A DNA stretch of 63,358 nt, filler included, from Licmophora abbreviata (Eukaryota), in NCBI GenBank assembly GCA_900291995.1. It is 10 parts of 10 records of this genome, joined end to end, with 100 filler letters (N's around TTAATTAATTAA, not from the genome) between each part and the next. Parts side by side here need not be neighbours in the genome. Positions count along the whole stretch, not along the records: positions 30,170 to 36,396 come from OLMU01003658.1; positions 36,497 to 46,692 come from OLMU01003659.1; positions 46,793 to 57,812 come from OLMU01003660.1; 7 more parts are not named here. One strand, written 5' to 3'. Under the pieces are notes generated by a model. The model searched no databases. It saw only the letters and a list, made by a program, of their open reading frames with translations, and was not told the origin of the DNA. Position numbers and translations under genes: made by a program. Below are positions 34,469-46,917 of the stretch, one piece after another; positions within the stretch are counted from its first letter, which is position 1; each line of letters opens with the position of its first letter.

Positions 34469-34994
34469 GCCTAGTGCTGCAAGCTGAGAAAGAATTCAAG
34501 CGGAGGAGGAACCATGCCCAAAAGTTCAGCTGCGGCCCCTCATCATGGTTCCTGCAATTCAATTTTGGACTTTTTTCGTGACTGCACTTCAGTCGAAGCT
34601 CCGGGTTCTTTATGACAGACGAGGGTTAGAGGTATCCTGTATCCTCATTGCTACGCTACGATAGTAATTCTCGTGTGAAATCTCAAAGCTACCAATTTAC
34701 GATTTACACCATAGGAACGAAGTGCTAGACTACCAGGTCCAACTGTGGTGCTACCTAGTCAAGATTCATTCGTTTTAATTAGAACTCTGCATGAAATTTA
34801 GCTTTCGCTCCTTCCATTGGTTCTCCTTCTATTGGTTTCTGGCAATGAGCTACTAGGAATTGCGACCATAGACAAGCGACCAACGAATGCTGCACATGAG
34901 CCCTCGATCCAGCATGTCTACTTGTACCGTAGCAATGGCGCCAATTCCTCTCCCCAAGAGACCAGCTCGGCCGTCTGCTTCCTGGCTCTCTACG

Positions 34995-36344
34995 CTAATG
35001 CGGTCCAAAGGATTTCACGGGTATTGTTTCTCTCGTATCGTGGGTTCCAGTTTTTGCCGGATACCAAACTGGATACGGTTCGACATCACTCATTTTCGAG
35101 TAATCCCAAGTACAGACATGAGTTTCCATATTCATGGATATTTGATTTTGAAACGAGTGTCCAATGAGTACATCCTCGACTGCATATTCTGTCTGGACGT
35201 TGACAGAACACTTGGTCAAGTCCTGAACGGCATCTATCGACAGGGTAAAGGAGACAATTTTGTTCCCCGGGTGTTCTTGAAAATGCAATCCGAACAGCGG
35301 ACTGGATTCGTCGAGTACGTGTCGCAGGGTCCACACGTCAAGCAATCCAAATTGTCGATTGCTAAGTAATTTGAGTTCTTCTGTCTGTCGAAAGAATTTC
35401 TGATCTCCCTTGTGATCGGTATAAGGAATCTGATAGGAATAGTTTAATCGAACATTGATGTCTGTCAATCGATTCAGATGTCCATCGGCGTTTCCCATTC
35501 GAACGGAAAGACATGGCACGCCATTGACGTTGCAGATAGTCATGACGTTGGAAAACTGGATGTTGATAACTGGTGTCACGAACTTGGTAAAGAGCAAGCC
35601 CGCAAAGAGTGTATTGATGAGGGTTGAAAAGTAGGACAAGATGACGACTAAAAAGTTGGAAACGTGGCCACTCGGACTCAAAGACCCATAGCCAATAGTG
35701 GTGGAGCTTTGAATTGCAAACGCAAACGTCTCTGCGAATGACAAGGCAGGGTCACCGCAACAACCATCTTTTGTCGCATAAAAGAACCCAGCAAACATGG
35801 CGTTCATGGCGATAAACATCGTGAAGAAGACAATCGACAGGGTCGTAACTTTGAAATGCATGAGCCAGAACCGTAAGCGTGCTTCCCTCGGAGATTTTTT
35901 GGCATGTCTTACGACATGACGTGTCTTTAAGCGCTCGTCGCGACTAGTGGCAGGTTTCTCAGTCACGTTGGTTCTCAATTCAAAAACAACCTTTTTGCCA
36001 TCCACAATACCGGCACGAAGAGGTGCATGAAGAGAACCCCAGACCGGATCTGCTTGTTGTGTTGCGTTTGTTTTGAAGATTTCAAAGGCCGTTTGATCTT
36101 CCAAACTTTCCAAATTTTCGTCATCCTCTTGGTCAGAATCCGATTCACCGCCGTAGTAACTGGAGAGAAAGTGTTGGGCACTTGTATCAATCTTGTGTAA
36201 GCTTCGGAGACTCCATTCCAAGCCCTGCCGAACGCTTTGCTGAGGATGTCGTCTGCTAAGATTGTGGTTTGAGCCTCTATTAGACGATTCCGAGTCGTCG
36301 TTCTTACCAGCAGCACCTGGCTTCGGGGGCGGTCGATTCACCAT
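34995..36344 (-). CDS. Inward-rectifier K+ channel (KirBac-like)
   Basis: Two TM helices flanking FAFAIQSSTTIGYG, then GLLFTKF, FSNVMTI..NGVPCLSVRMGN and WTLRHVLDESSPLFG of the Kir cytoplasmic domain. Confidence 0.9.
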   Translation of the reverse strand: MVNRPPPKPGAAGKNDDSESSNRGSNHNLSRRHPQQSVRQGLEWSLRSLHKIDTSAQHFLSSYYGGESDSDQEDDENLESLEDQTAFEIFKTNATQQADPVWGSLHAPLRAGIVDGKKVVFELRTNVTEKPATSRDERLKTRHVVRHAKKSPREARLRFWLMHFKVTTLSIVFFTMFIAMNAMFAGFFYATKDGCCGDPALSFAETFAFAIQSSTTIGYGSLSPSGHVSNFLVVILSYFSTLINTLFAGLLFTKFVTPVINIQFSNVMTICNVNGVPCLSVRMGNADGHLNRLTDINVRLNYSYQIPYTDHKGDQKFFRQTEELKLLSNRQFGLLDVWTLRHVLDESSPLFGLHFQEHPGNKIVSFTLSIDAVQDLTKCSVNVQTEYAVEDVLIGHSFQNQISMNMETHVCTWDYSKMSDVEPYPVWYPAKTGTHDTRETIPVKSFGPH

Positions 36345-36577
36345 GATGCTGCTGTTGGTTTCTCGGAAGAAAAAAGTGAACTCTCAGTCAGGTCTGNNNN
36401 NNNNNNNNNNNNNNNNNNNNNNNNNNNNNNNNNNNNNNNNTTAATTAATTAANNNNNNNNNNNNNNNNNNNNNNNNNNNNNNNNNNNNNNNNNNNNGAGT
36501 ACAGCTTCACCGGTAGGGTGTCATAGGAAACTGTATTTTTTAAAAACTGTTTTACACTACCGGTGACTTGACTCACT

Positions 36578-38276
36578 CTAGTCTTTTGACTGTGCATTGG
36601 TGCTCGATCGCTTCTGCCTTCGTACCGCATCCTCCAAGAGGTCTGCCACTTGTTTTGCGGTCGAACGCTTCAAGGGGTCGCGAACGAAACACATCTTGAG
36701 TGCGCGTCGCATCGTCTTGTCGAACAACTCTTCTTTTTTATGGATGCGACCTTTGATCTTGGGCACAGCGCCACCAGCACCGACAGTCTCGGGAATGTCG
36801 TCACTAGACTCTTCTTCAAATGGTTCTTGACCAGTCCATATAAAGTTGAGGACGTTCCCCAGTGACCAAACGTCTACTTTTTCCGTAGATGGAAGATACT
36901 GGTACTCTTCTGGTGATCTCCACTGCGTGCATAGCGTCACCCGTTGTTGTCAATCGGGCAGAAGAAGAAAAAAAAGACAGAAAGATATGAATTTTGGTGA
37001 GAGCTGGTGATTGGCCGTTTGTGAAAGTCACTTGTCGGACAATAGTCTACCACTGCAAGGCTACTCATGAGCAAACTCAACTTACCCTGCCGGCGTTGGT
37101 GCCGTATTCAAATCCGCAGGTCTTTTCTTCCTTACTGTCCCAGCTCAGCATCACGGCCCTGTTGAAGTCGTTGAGCTGGTACTGCCCTTTCATCAGAATG
37201 AAATTGTCGGCTTTGATGTCTGTGTGTGCAATAGTTGCCCTCCCCTTGCTATCCAGGTGATGGGCGTCTGCGACGGCCGCTGCTACATCCCGTGCAATCA
37301 CCAAGCGCTCCTCCATGGACGGTGTTTCGGGTGCTTCAAACAGCTCACTCAAGTCTGGCCCATCTCCAAGGTCGTGAATCGCATCAGTCATGCAATATCC
37401 AAAGATACTTGCGATATGTGGGGATGCAGTCAGTTGTTCGTGTGCCAATGCGTCGATACGATGCTTCTCAACGTCCTTGCCTACGTGCCGTCCTTTGGTC
37501 AGTCGTAGCGTCTTGAGCGCTATCTCGTTGCCGTTGTACTCTTTGACTCGCCACACATCTCGATAGTATCCATTGGTGATCCACCCCACGTTTCCAAAGT
37601 TCTGGAGATCAATCTCGTGAAACTTGGAGCAGGAGGGGTTCAGATCGTAGTGCCACTCTCCCAAGAACTCGCAGCCGTCCTCGGGCGTCTCGCGACCGTA
37701 CTCCTCCTCCCAGTTGAAGACTCGTCCGATCTTCCATTTTATCTTTCTGGACACGGTAGGGACAAAGTCCCAACTTGTTGACATGGCATGGGCGGTAAAA
37801 TTGCTCGCGAGGTGAACCATTCGAGGTTTCGCCTGGAAGTCCCCAGTGTGCCTATCCATAGAGTCGAACAAGATAGAATGGAAAAGATCGCCTGCAAGGT
37901 GACTTGAGAATAGACTTAGAAGTAAGAGGATCTGGCTGAAACCGAGAAGGAACAAGCTCCACCGCAGCCAGCGCGCGCTAGTGACACCTCCAGGAAGAGA
38001 TTGTGCCATCCTTATCTTCAGGAGAGACCTCGCTGACAGATCGGTATGAATAGGCCCGGCAGTACAGATTGTAGAGCGAGCGGGTGTAGCAGCTGGAGAG
38101 TGCGATGGACTGGCTCGTCGCTGACGAACATATCCAATGCCTTCTCGGTGAGGGTCGGAGGCACCAACGTCGTGCTGGCCCGAATCGCCGTCCTGTCCAT
38201 CACGATAAGCAGTGCTCCTTCGAAACGATGACAAAGAAACTGGCATGATATCTTGAAAAGATGATTTAGGACTCAT
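36578..38276 (-). CDS. Type II membrane protein kinase (secretory-pathway/PKDCC-like), tandem copy A; intron 36923-37085
   Basis: TM segment then GYYRDVW, ALKTL, HTDIKADNF and LNDFN; spliced AGR|WRSPEEY and EKVDVWSLG. Start uncertain. Confidence 0.82.
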
Positions 38277-38681
38277 AGACTCAGAGGAAGCAGTGCAGGT
38301 ACTGTAGAGAGAGGGGAAGGGTAGGCTGAGTGATCCCGTGACTAGCTGAGTGAACTTGTGTTGTGTGACTTCGTGACTTCGTGTTTCGTGTTGACTTCTT
38401 CTGTTCTCTGAAAAAATTAGAAAATGGCCGGCAGGGTCATGTATTATTTGTATTAGATACTGTATATACTGCAATGATATGATATGTCGTAAAACGCTCA
38501 ACTGTTTCTTCCCAAGACTCAAACGTCGCGATCTCAGAGTCAGGACCTCTGTTGAGAGACGATGAGACTTCCTCTTGACTGCGATGTGAAGATGAAGTCG
38601 TGCTTTACCGCGAGCAACACTTCTACCGGAGTACCTACTAAGACATTCTATTGGTACCGTTGCTAGTAGGTTTCTACATTA

Positions 38682-40314
38682 TTATTGCTGCAAACGACCC
38701 TGTTTCCTCACTGCATCTTCCAAAACGTCGGCCACGTCCCTTGCTGCGGAGCGCTTCACGGGGTCGAGAACGAAACACAGGTCGAGTACGCGTAGCATCG
38801 TCTTGTCGAACAGGTCTTCGCTTTCAAGGATAACGCTGCGATTTTCAACCTTGGGCGAGCTTCCAGCACCGACAGTCTCGTAGACAACGTCGCTCGAGTC
38901 ATCCTCGAATGGCTCAAGACCCGTCAAAATGAAGTACAAGATATTCCCCAGTGACCAAACGTCGACCTTCTCGGTTGATGGGCGATACCTGTACTCTTCT
39001 GGTGATCTCCACTGCGTGACAACAATCAACGAGAAAGATAGAAAGGCGTTCATTCGTAAGTAATGAGTTGGTGACCGACTGTTGAAGCAAGTGACGACCA
39101 TCACATGGTTGTCAGGCAATAGTCTACCGCGGCAGAGGCTATTGCCGTGAGCAAATTTCACTTACGCGCCCGGCGTTGTTGCCATATTTAAAACCACACA
39201 CATGATCTCTCTCATTGTCCCAGCTTAGCATCACGGCCCTGTTGAAGTCGTTGAGCTGATAGTGTCCTTTCACGAGAATGAAATTATTGGTCTTGATGTC
39301 CGTGTGTGCAAGAGTTGCCCTCCCCTTACTATCCAAGTGGTGGGCATCTGCGACGGCCGCTGCCACATCCCGTGCAATCACCAATCGCTCCTCCTTCGAC
39401 GGTGTTTCGGGTGCTTCAAACAGCTCACTCAAGTCTGGCCCATCTCCAAGGTCGTGAATCGCATCAGTCATGCAATATCCATAGATGTTGGAAATGTGCG
39501 GAGACGCGGTCAGTTGTTCATGAGCCAAGGCGTCGATGCGATGCTTCTCGACGTCCTTGCCTGCATGCCGTCGATCGTTGAATCGTAGCGTCTTGAGAGC
39601 GATCCTGTTACCGTCGTACTCTCGGACTTGCCAGACGTCTCGAAAGTACCCATTGGTGATCCACCCCACGTTTCCAAAGTCCTTGAGATCGATCTCATGA
39701 AACTTGGAGCAGGAGGGGTTCAGATCGTAGTGCCACTCTCCCAAGAACTCACAACCTTCCTCAGGCTCCTCACGTCCGTACTCCTCCTCCCAGTTGAAGA
39801 CTCGTCCGATCTTCCATTTTATCTTTCTGGACACGGTAGGGACAAAGTCCCAACTTGTTGACATGGCATGGGCGGTAAAATTGCTCGCGAGGTGAACCAT
39901 TCGAGGTTTCGCCTGGAACTCCGCAGTGTGCCTATCCATAGAGTCGAACAAGCTAGAATGGAATGGATGACTCCTAAAGTGACTTGAGAGGATCTGGCCG
40001 ACACCCAGAAGGAGTAAGCACCACCGAAGCCAACAGCTCGTGACAACTTGAGGTAGAGGTCGGGTCATCACAATCTTCAATCGAGATGTTGCAGACAAGT
40101 CAATGTCGGCGCTTATTGTTCGGTGAACAGAGAGTGGCGAGCGCGCGCATCCAGCCGTTGGGGACGGTGATTGACCGATTCGTCTCTGGCGCAATTCTAC
40201 TGAGCCTTGCCGGTGAAGGATTGCGTCGGACGCAACCGTGTTCTCTTGGTCAGAATGAGCATGCCGTTTACTCGCAGTAGGGCTCTCGTCAGTGGAGGAG
40301 AGTGGAGATACCAT
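38682..40314 (-). CDS. Type II membrane protein kinase (secretory-pathway/PKDCC-like), tandem copy B; intron 39012-39165
   Basis: Paralog of copy A at a 2080-bp offset, with the same kinase motifs and the same intron position. Confidence 0.82.
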
Positions 40315-40578
40315 TGCTTTCGTGAAAGGAGGTACGTACGGGACTAGCTCAGGTGTGATGGGGTGAGTGAATGATCAAAGAAAAAGTAGAAAAAATTGAA
40401 TCAATCTGTGACTAGAGGTTGAAGCTGAAGTTGTGAGCTGTGACGTCTTGTGATTATTTTTTCTTATCGATGAATATGTCGTATGCTAAATGATGTATCA
40501 GATGCTTTCCTGTTACACAAGACTCGACTCGAATGTAGCTGTCCACGTCATTCATCCGTCGTCCTGCGAAGATCGACC

Positions 40579-40844
40579 ATGGCGACGCAACGACGACTTC
40601 TCCGCTGGGGTGCACAGCAGTCCTCCTTGTTGCAATCCTTCTTTCTATTATTGTGGGAGTTTTCATTGCTCGTGCTCCAGACGGCCTTGGATCTCGATCG
40701 GGATCGCCCGAGTCCGGACCTCTGTTGACGGCGGATGAAGTCTCGTTCTACCGCGATCATGGATATCTCCTCAAGGAAGGCGCAGATCAGTCACTTCGCG
40801 AGTTCTTTTGGACAGATCTGATCTTTGCAAGTACTGAGTTCTAA
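40579..40844 (+). pseudogene. Truncated, frameshifted remnant of a signal-anchored phytanoyl-CoA dioxygenase (PhyH)-like gene
   Basis: LTADEVSFYRDHGYLLKEG is a typical PhyH N-terminus. The upstream TM (AVLLVAILLSIIVGVF) is out of frame with the ATG at 40579. The frame stops at 40844 with no room for a catalytic domain. Confidence 0.5.
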
Positions 40845-41087
40845 GGCGCGAGCACTTTCAAAAAAATGGCTTGCAGGACGAGTCGCTTCTTGCTCGTGCA
40901 ATCTGCTCCACCCAGTTCGTACCGTTGTAGTCATACCAGGGCACTTTGAACCTCAATTCCCTATCTGTAAGAGGCTGATATGCCCATCGACAACATTGAG
41001 ACAGCTTGGTTCATACGGGTGCCAAATTACTAAATAAAGTTATCACGTATTCGATGACGAAAAGTGCAGGTCGCCGACGGGACATGC

Positions 41088-44000
41088 TTAATGGAATTCC
41101 TTCGGGTTGGTCCAAGCATCCTCGTTCGACTCGGCGTCGTAGTGCTCGAACAGGGTCTTGGGTTCCAAGCCGACCAGCTTGTCCTTCTGGTGCACGTACA
41201 TGGAGTCGGAGAACATCTTGACGAGATTCATGTTAGTAAGCAAAGGGATGCCGAAGTCAACAGCAGTTCTGCGCATCGTGAAGTTGTCATCCAGTCGCTT
41301 CGAGTTGTGAGTCGGGATGTTCACTACCATGCACACATTGTTCTCCTTGATGAGGTCAAGCACATTGGGATCGTCACTTTTTCCTTCTTCGCTGGGGTAT
41401 GCCACAACTGTGCACGGGACGCGATTCTTCTTGAGCACTTCAGCGGTGGCGCGAGTAGCGAGAATTTCATAGCCAATTTCATGGAGCTGCCACGCCGAGT
41501 GAGTAAACTCATCCTGAAGATCCTCCTGGACAGAGACCAAGATGCGCTTCTTGGGTAGCTGAAAGTTGGTGGACAGCAGAGCCTTCAGGAAGGCTTCTTC
41601 CTTTGTGGCTCCGAAGCAAGCAACCTCGCCTGTAGAGGCCATTTCGACTCCAAGAACTGGATCTGACCCACGAAGACGGGTGAACGAAAACATAGGAGCT
41701 TTCACACCAACGTAGCCCTTGGGCCGATCAGTGGTATCAAGAGTCGGCAAGTTCATATCAGCTGTGTCGATGTTCATGATAGCCTTGGTGGCAGCCTCGA
41801 TGTAGTCAACACCCATTGTCTTTGAGACAAAGGGGAAGGATCGAGAGGCACGGACGTTGCATTCGATGCACATAACATCGGTCCCTTTGGCAACAAACTG
41901 AATGTTTACGGGTCCGGTGATGTCCAACCTCTTCACAATCTTGCGAGCCGCATCTCGGACACGTTCTTTGGTGTAAGCAGAAAGCGTGTGGGGTGGAAGA
42001 ACAAGCGAAGCATCTCCAGAGTGAACTCCAGCGTTCTCGATGTGCTCGTGGATGGCAGCAGCAATGAGTTCTCCATTCTTTCCGACACCATCCATTTCGA
42101 TCTCGACGGCTCCCTCAACAAAGTCCGAAATCACGACAGGGTGATCCTGCGAAACATGAGCAGCTTCGTCGAGGCATTCGCGAAGGTGTTCATCACTGTA
42201 TGCGACGTTCATGGCGGCACCGCTGAGGACGTAAGAGGGTCGGACAAGGACAGGGTAGCCGACCTCCTTGGCAAAGTTCAGAGCCTCGTCGAGGCTGGTG
42301 AGCTCCTGCCATCGGGGCTGCTGGACGCCAATCTCATCAATCATATCAGAAAACTTCTGGCGATCCTCAGCATTGTCGATCATCGCCGCAGGAGTTCCGA
42401 GGAGCTTGACCCCGGCCTTGTCCAGTGGAAGGGCAAGACCGTTGGGGATCTGTCCACCGACACTGACAATAATACCATCGGACTTGTCTTTCTCGTAAAT
42501 ATCCATAACACGCTCCCGGCTGAGCTCCTCAAAGTACAAGCGGTCGCACTCGTCGTAGTCAGTCGACACCGTCTCAGGGTTATAGTTGATCATGGTGGAC
42601 TGGTATCCAAGCTGTCGCAAAGTACGGATCGCACTGACGCCACACCAATCGAATTCAATTGAAGATCCGATACGGTAGGCGCCACTTCCCAGAACAATAA
42701 TACCACCATTAGCCGACTCAACATCATCTTCCTGCCCATGGTAAGTCGTGTAAAGGTAGTTGGTCGCAGCAGGGTACTCGGCAGCAAGAGTATCGATCTG
42801 TTTAGTGGAGGGCAGGAGGCCAGCAGCAACACGCTTGCTGCGAACTTCATCCTCGGTGGCGCCTCCTTTGACAGACTCGGCGATCTGGATGTCGGAGAAT
42901 CCATTCTTCTTGGCCTCGAGCAACATTCCGTCACTCATTTCAGAGAGCGAGACAGCTTCAATTCGCTTGTGGTTCTTAACAATCTCCTCGAGGCGCCGCA
43001 AGAACCAGTGATCAATGTTGGTGATGTCATGGATCTCGTCGACAGTCAAGCTATTCTCATGCATGGCCTGTGCAATAGCGTACACGCGCTGATCAGTAGG
43101 ATGAGCAAGCTCGTACTTAAGATCTTCGAGAGTCCCCCATTTTTTTCGCGGCTGGAATCCCTTGATGGAGGGATCGACCATTCGCAATGCCTTTTGGAAT
43201 GACTCTTCCAAGGTACGACCGATACTCATCACTTCGCCGACGCTCTTCATCGCCGAGCCAATCTTGGGGTCGACCTTCTCAAACTTCGTCATGTCCCAGC
43301 GAGGAACCTTTGTCACAATGTAATCCAGGGAAGGCTCAAAAGCAGCTTGAGTCTTCTTCGTAACCGAGTTGATCACTTCCGTCATGGGAATACCCAAACA
43401 AAGCTTGGCAGCGACAAAGGCAAGCGGGTATCCAGTAGCCTTGGAAGCGAGCGCAGATGACCGCGAAAGACGCGGGTTGACCTCAATGATATTGTACTCC
43501 AGCGAGGAAGGATGGAGCGCATACTGAATGTTGCACTCTCCGATGATACCGAGATGGCGGACAACACGGATAGCCGTCTCGCGAAGCATGTGGTACTCTT
43601 CGTTACTCAGAGTTTGCGAAGGGGCCATGACCATGCTTTCTCCAGTGTGGATACCCAGCGGGTCGAAGTTTTCCATGTTGCAGACCGTGACACAGTTATC
43701 TGTGTGGTCACGAACAACTTCGTACTCCACTTCCTTCCATCCAAGCATGCTCTTTTCAACGAGAATCTGTGGTGAGACGGAAAGGGCCTTAGCGGCCATC
43801 TCCTTGAGATGATTCTCGTCGCGGCAGATACCACTTCCAAGACCACCCAGAGCGAAGGCAGATCGAATCATACAGGGGTAGCCGACCTTGGCTGCATGCT
43901 CGACTGCGCCATCAACAGACGTGGTCGTGTAGGACTCAGCGATGCTTTCTCCAATCTCATTCAAGCGATCTGAGAAGAGCTGACGATCCTCGGTATCTAT

Positions 44001-45789
44001 GACGCTCTTAATCGGAGTTCCGAGAACTTCCACGCCGTACTTGTCGAAGGTTCCAGCCTTGTACATATCGACTGCAACATTCAAAGCAGTTTGTCCACCC
44101 ATAGACACGATGATCCCGTCAGGTTTCTCCTTTTTGATGACTTCTTCGATGAAATCGGGAGTCACGGGAAGGAAGAAGACATGATCCGGAGCTGTGGTCG
44201 AGGACTTCTCGTCCATATTAGTCTGCACAGAGGCAATATTCGGATTCATCAAGACGACTTCGCAGCCTTCCTCCTTCATAGCCTGGCATAGCGAGAACAG
44301 ATACGGCGAAAAGTTAGATTTCAGCGGAATGTGCACCACCCAAACATGACGGGAGAAAGTAGTCAATGCCTACCTTGATGGCTTGCCCGCCCGAGTAGTC
44401 GAATTCACCAGCCTGTCCGATCGAAGTGCCTCCCGAACCGAGCATCAAGATCTTCTTCTTGGACATTTGCGGCGGTTTCTCGTAGCGACGCACAGGGAAC
44501 TGAATCTTGTAATCCTTCTGCTTCTTCTCGCAAGCATCCAGGAAGATATCAAACATGAATTCGGTATCGGTTGGACCACAGGCAGCTTCCGGGTGGAATT
44601 GCGCCGTGAAGTAGGGGCGGGTCTCGTGAGCAATACCTTCGTTCGATCCATCGTTGGCATTGGTGAAGAGCTCTCGCCAGCCTGGCTTGAGGGTAGAGCA
44701 GTCGATGACGTAGCCATGATTCTGCGGAGTGATGTAGCACTCACGGTTCTGGTGGTTGAGAACGGGCTGGTTCTGTCCACGGTTACCGAATGGGAGCTTC
44801 TTAGCTGTACCACCAGCCGCAAGACCAATGAGCTGGTTACCCATACAGATACCATAGATGGGCTTGACTTGGTCGTCAGGGCATGTGATGACCTTCTCGA
44901 GCTCGGCGACAGTCTTGCCGCACATGGTGGGATCACCCGGACCGTTGCTCAAGAAGAGACCGTCAAACTTCTGGAGCTCATCGGCAAAGGGGTAATTCCA
45001 TGGAACTACTGTAAGCTCGACGTCGCGCTTGCATAGCTGACGGATGATGTTGTTCTTCATGCCCATGTCGAGGGCAAGGATTTTGTACTTGTTTCCCTTT
45101 CCATAGACAACTGGCTCCTTGACACTGACAACATCAACCAAATGCGTGTCATTGGGGTTGACCATGGTTTTGAAGTCCGGAGGAGGAGCATCAAGGTCGA
45201 CTTCGATACGACCGAGCAAAGCACCCTTCGCTCTGATCTTCTTCGTCAACATTCGCGTATCGATATCGCACAGACCGGGGATGCCCTCTTCCTTTAGCCA
45301 GTCGCCGAGACTGCTAGCAGCGTTCCAATGAGAGTAGTGGTGAGAGTAGTCCTGAACCAAGAGTCCAGATGCATGGATTCTATTGGACTCGAAGTACTTG
45401 GAAAGGCCGTACTCGTCGATGACCCCGCGGTCAGGGACGCCATAGTTCCCGACCATGGGACTTGTGACGGTCAAGATTTGCCCTTCATAAGAAGGATCCG
45501 TCAAGGACTCGGGGTATCCGACCATGCCCGTCGCAAAGACGACCTCTCCTTCTACAGACTCGTGACAGCCAAAAGATCTCGCCGTGAGTGTGGTTCCATC
45601 TTCAAGGTGCAATTTCGCCAGAGCCATGGGCTTGGTGACATCGTCGCTCGATTGGGTCGGTTCTTTGGAAGAGCCATAAGGCTTGGCATCGAGAAAGACG
45701 GAGCGACGAGCCACAGCTGCAATCGCCATGCGCTGGGTCCCCTTAGCGGCGAACGCCGAGGAGCGCGAGAGCAGCCTGAGCGTACTCAT
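41088..45789 (-). CDS. Fused carbamoyl-phosphate synthetase (GATase + synthetase + MGS-like) with mitochondrial-type presequence; urea-cycle/CPS III-like; intron 44283-44373
   Basis: Arg/Ser/Ala-rich presequence, GMVGYPESLTDPSY, SNGPGDP, GICMG, QFHPE, GQAGEFDYSG, EVNPRLSRSS, ETVSTDYD and RASRSFPF. About 1536 aa after splicing; no DHO/ATC domains. Confidence 0.95.
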
Positions 45790-46917
45790 GGTTCACTAGC
45801 TTCCAATCAACTTGTGCCGAAACTTCAACTCGGGGTTCTTGTCAAAAGATTTCAGATTTGAACCGCGAACACGTACTCGTTCGTGGTTGTCAAACTCCGC
45901 ACTTTCGCGCTTCGGTGACCTCTCTTTCGTCATGTCGTAATGCGAGTAATTTAGCTAATTTCTTCAATATGATTGGCTTAGACAATTTGTGACAGTGTAC
46001 GAAAGCTCATAACTAGATATAAGAGTGCCTTCATAACCACGAAAAGTTTGAACTTGTCAAGCTCGGATAATCCTGCACTTTCGAACAATTTATGCACAAC
46101 CCTTCAAGAAGCCCAGTGACGCTACGTGGTGTGATGAAAGTTCAATTCATCACAAGCTCTTTCCAGACTGCAAATTCACTTGTTAGCAAAGCTGAGCTTC
46201 CATGCACCGTAGTTTCCGACTTAGATGGGACCTGCATGCAGTCTGTCAATGCTGGCAATTCACATTTTGCTTCTTCTCCATACTACAGGATCTTACCCAA
46301 CAAAGATATGCTAGCTACCACGACCTAACCTGCAGGCAACACGTCTCGGCTTCTGTACAAGAACGGACCGAAAGTAGCTGAGATCGAACAACATGGCAAG
46401 GTCAAGCGGTGACCAAGGAAGGAGAAACCCACGCAATTGAGATATGATCATTCTATGTACTATGTAGAGGCATCCTGCTAGGTAGCTAGGCAAGAACTTC
46501 TTTTGCTACGCTCACTCCGGCACTGGGGAGGAGCAAGGATGGACTCTACCGCAGAGATCAAGCCGAAGTGCCCTCAACAGCAGGTCATGCGCAGCGGCGA
46601 ATCACGGGTCAAGTCGTGAGCTAGTCTCCATCTTCGCGGCTTAGTGAACTACGGTGTTCACCTTGTCTACTGGTCACTTTTCACTTCTCGTANNNNNNNN
46701 NNNNNNNNNNNNNNNNNNNNNNNNNNNNNNNNNNNNTTAATTAATTAANNNNNNNNNNNNNNNNNNNNNNNNNNNNNNNNNNNNNNNNNNNNGGCCAAAG
46801 TGTCTGTGACCGCGCGGCGGAAAAATTATGGCCAACACAATGAGAATTCTGTGGGAGATTCGTCGTCCGTGTCCACGCATATGATTGTTTGAAGCCGAGA
46901 CTGGTCAATACGATCCC

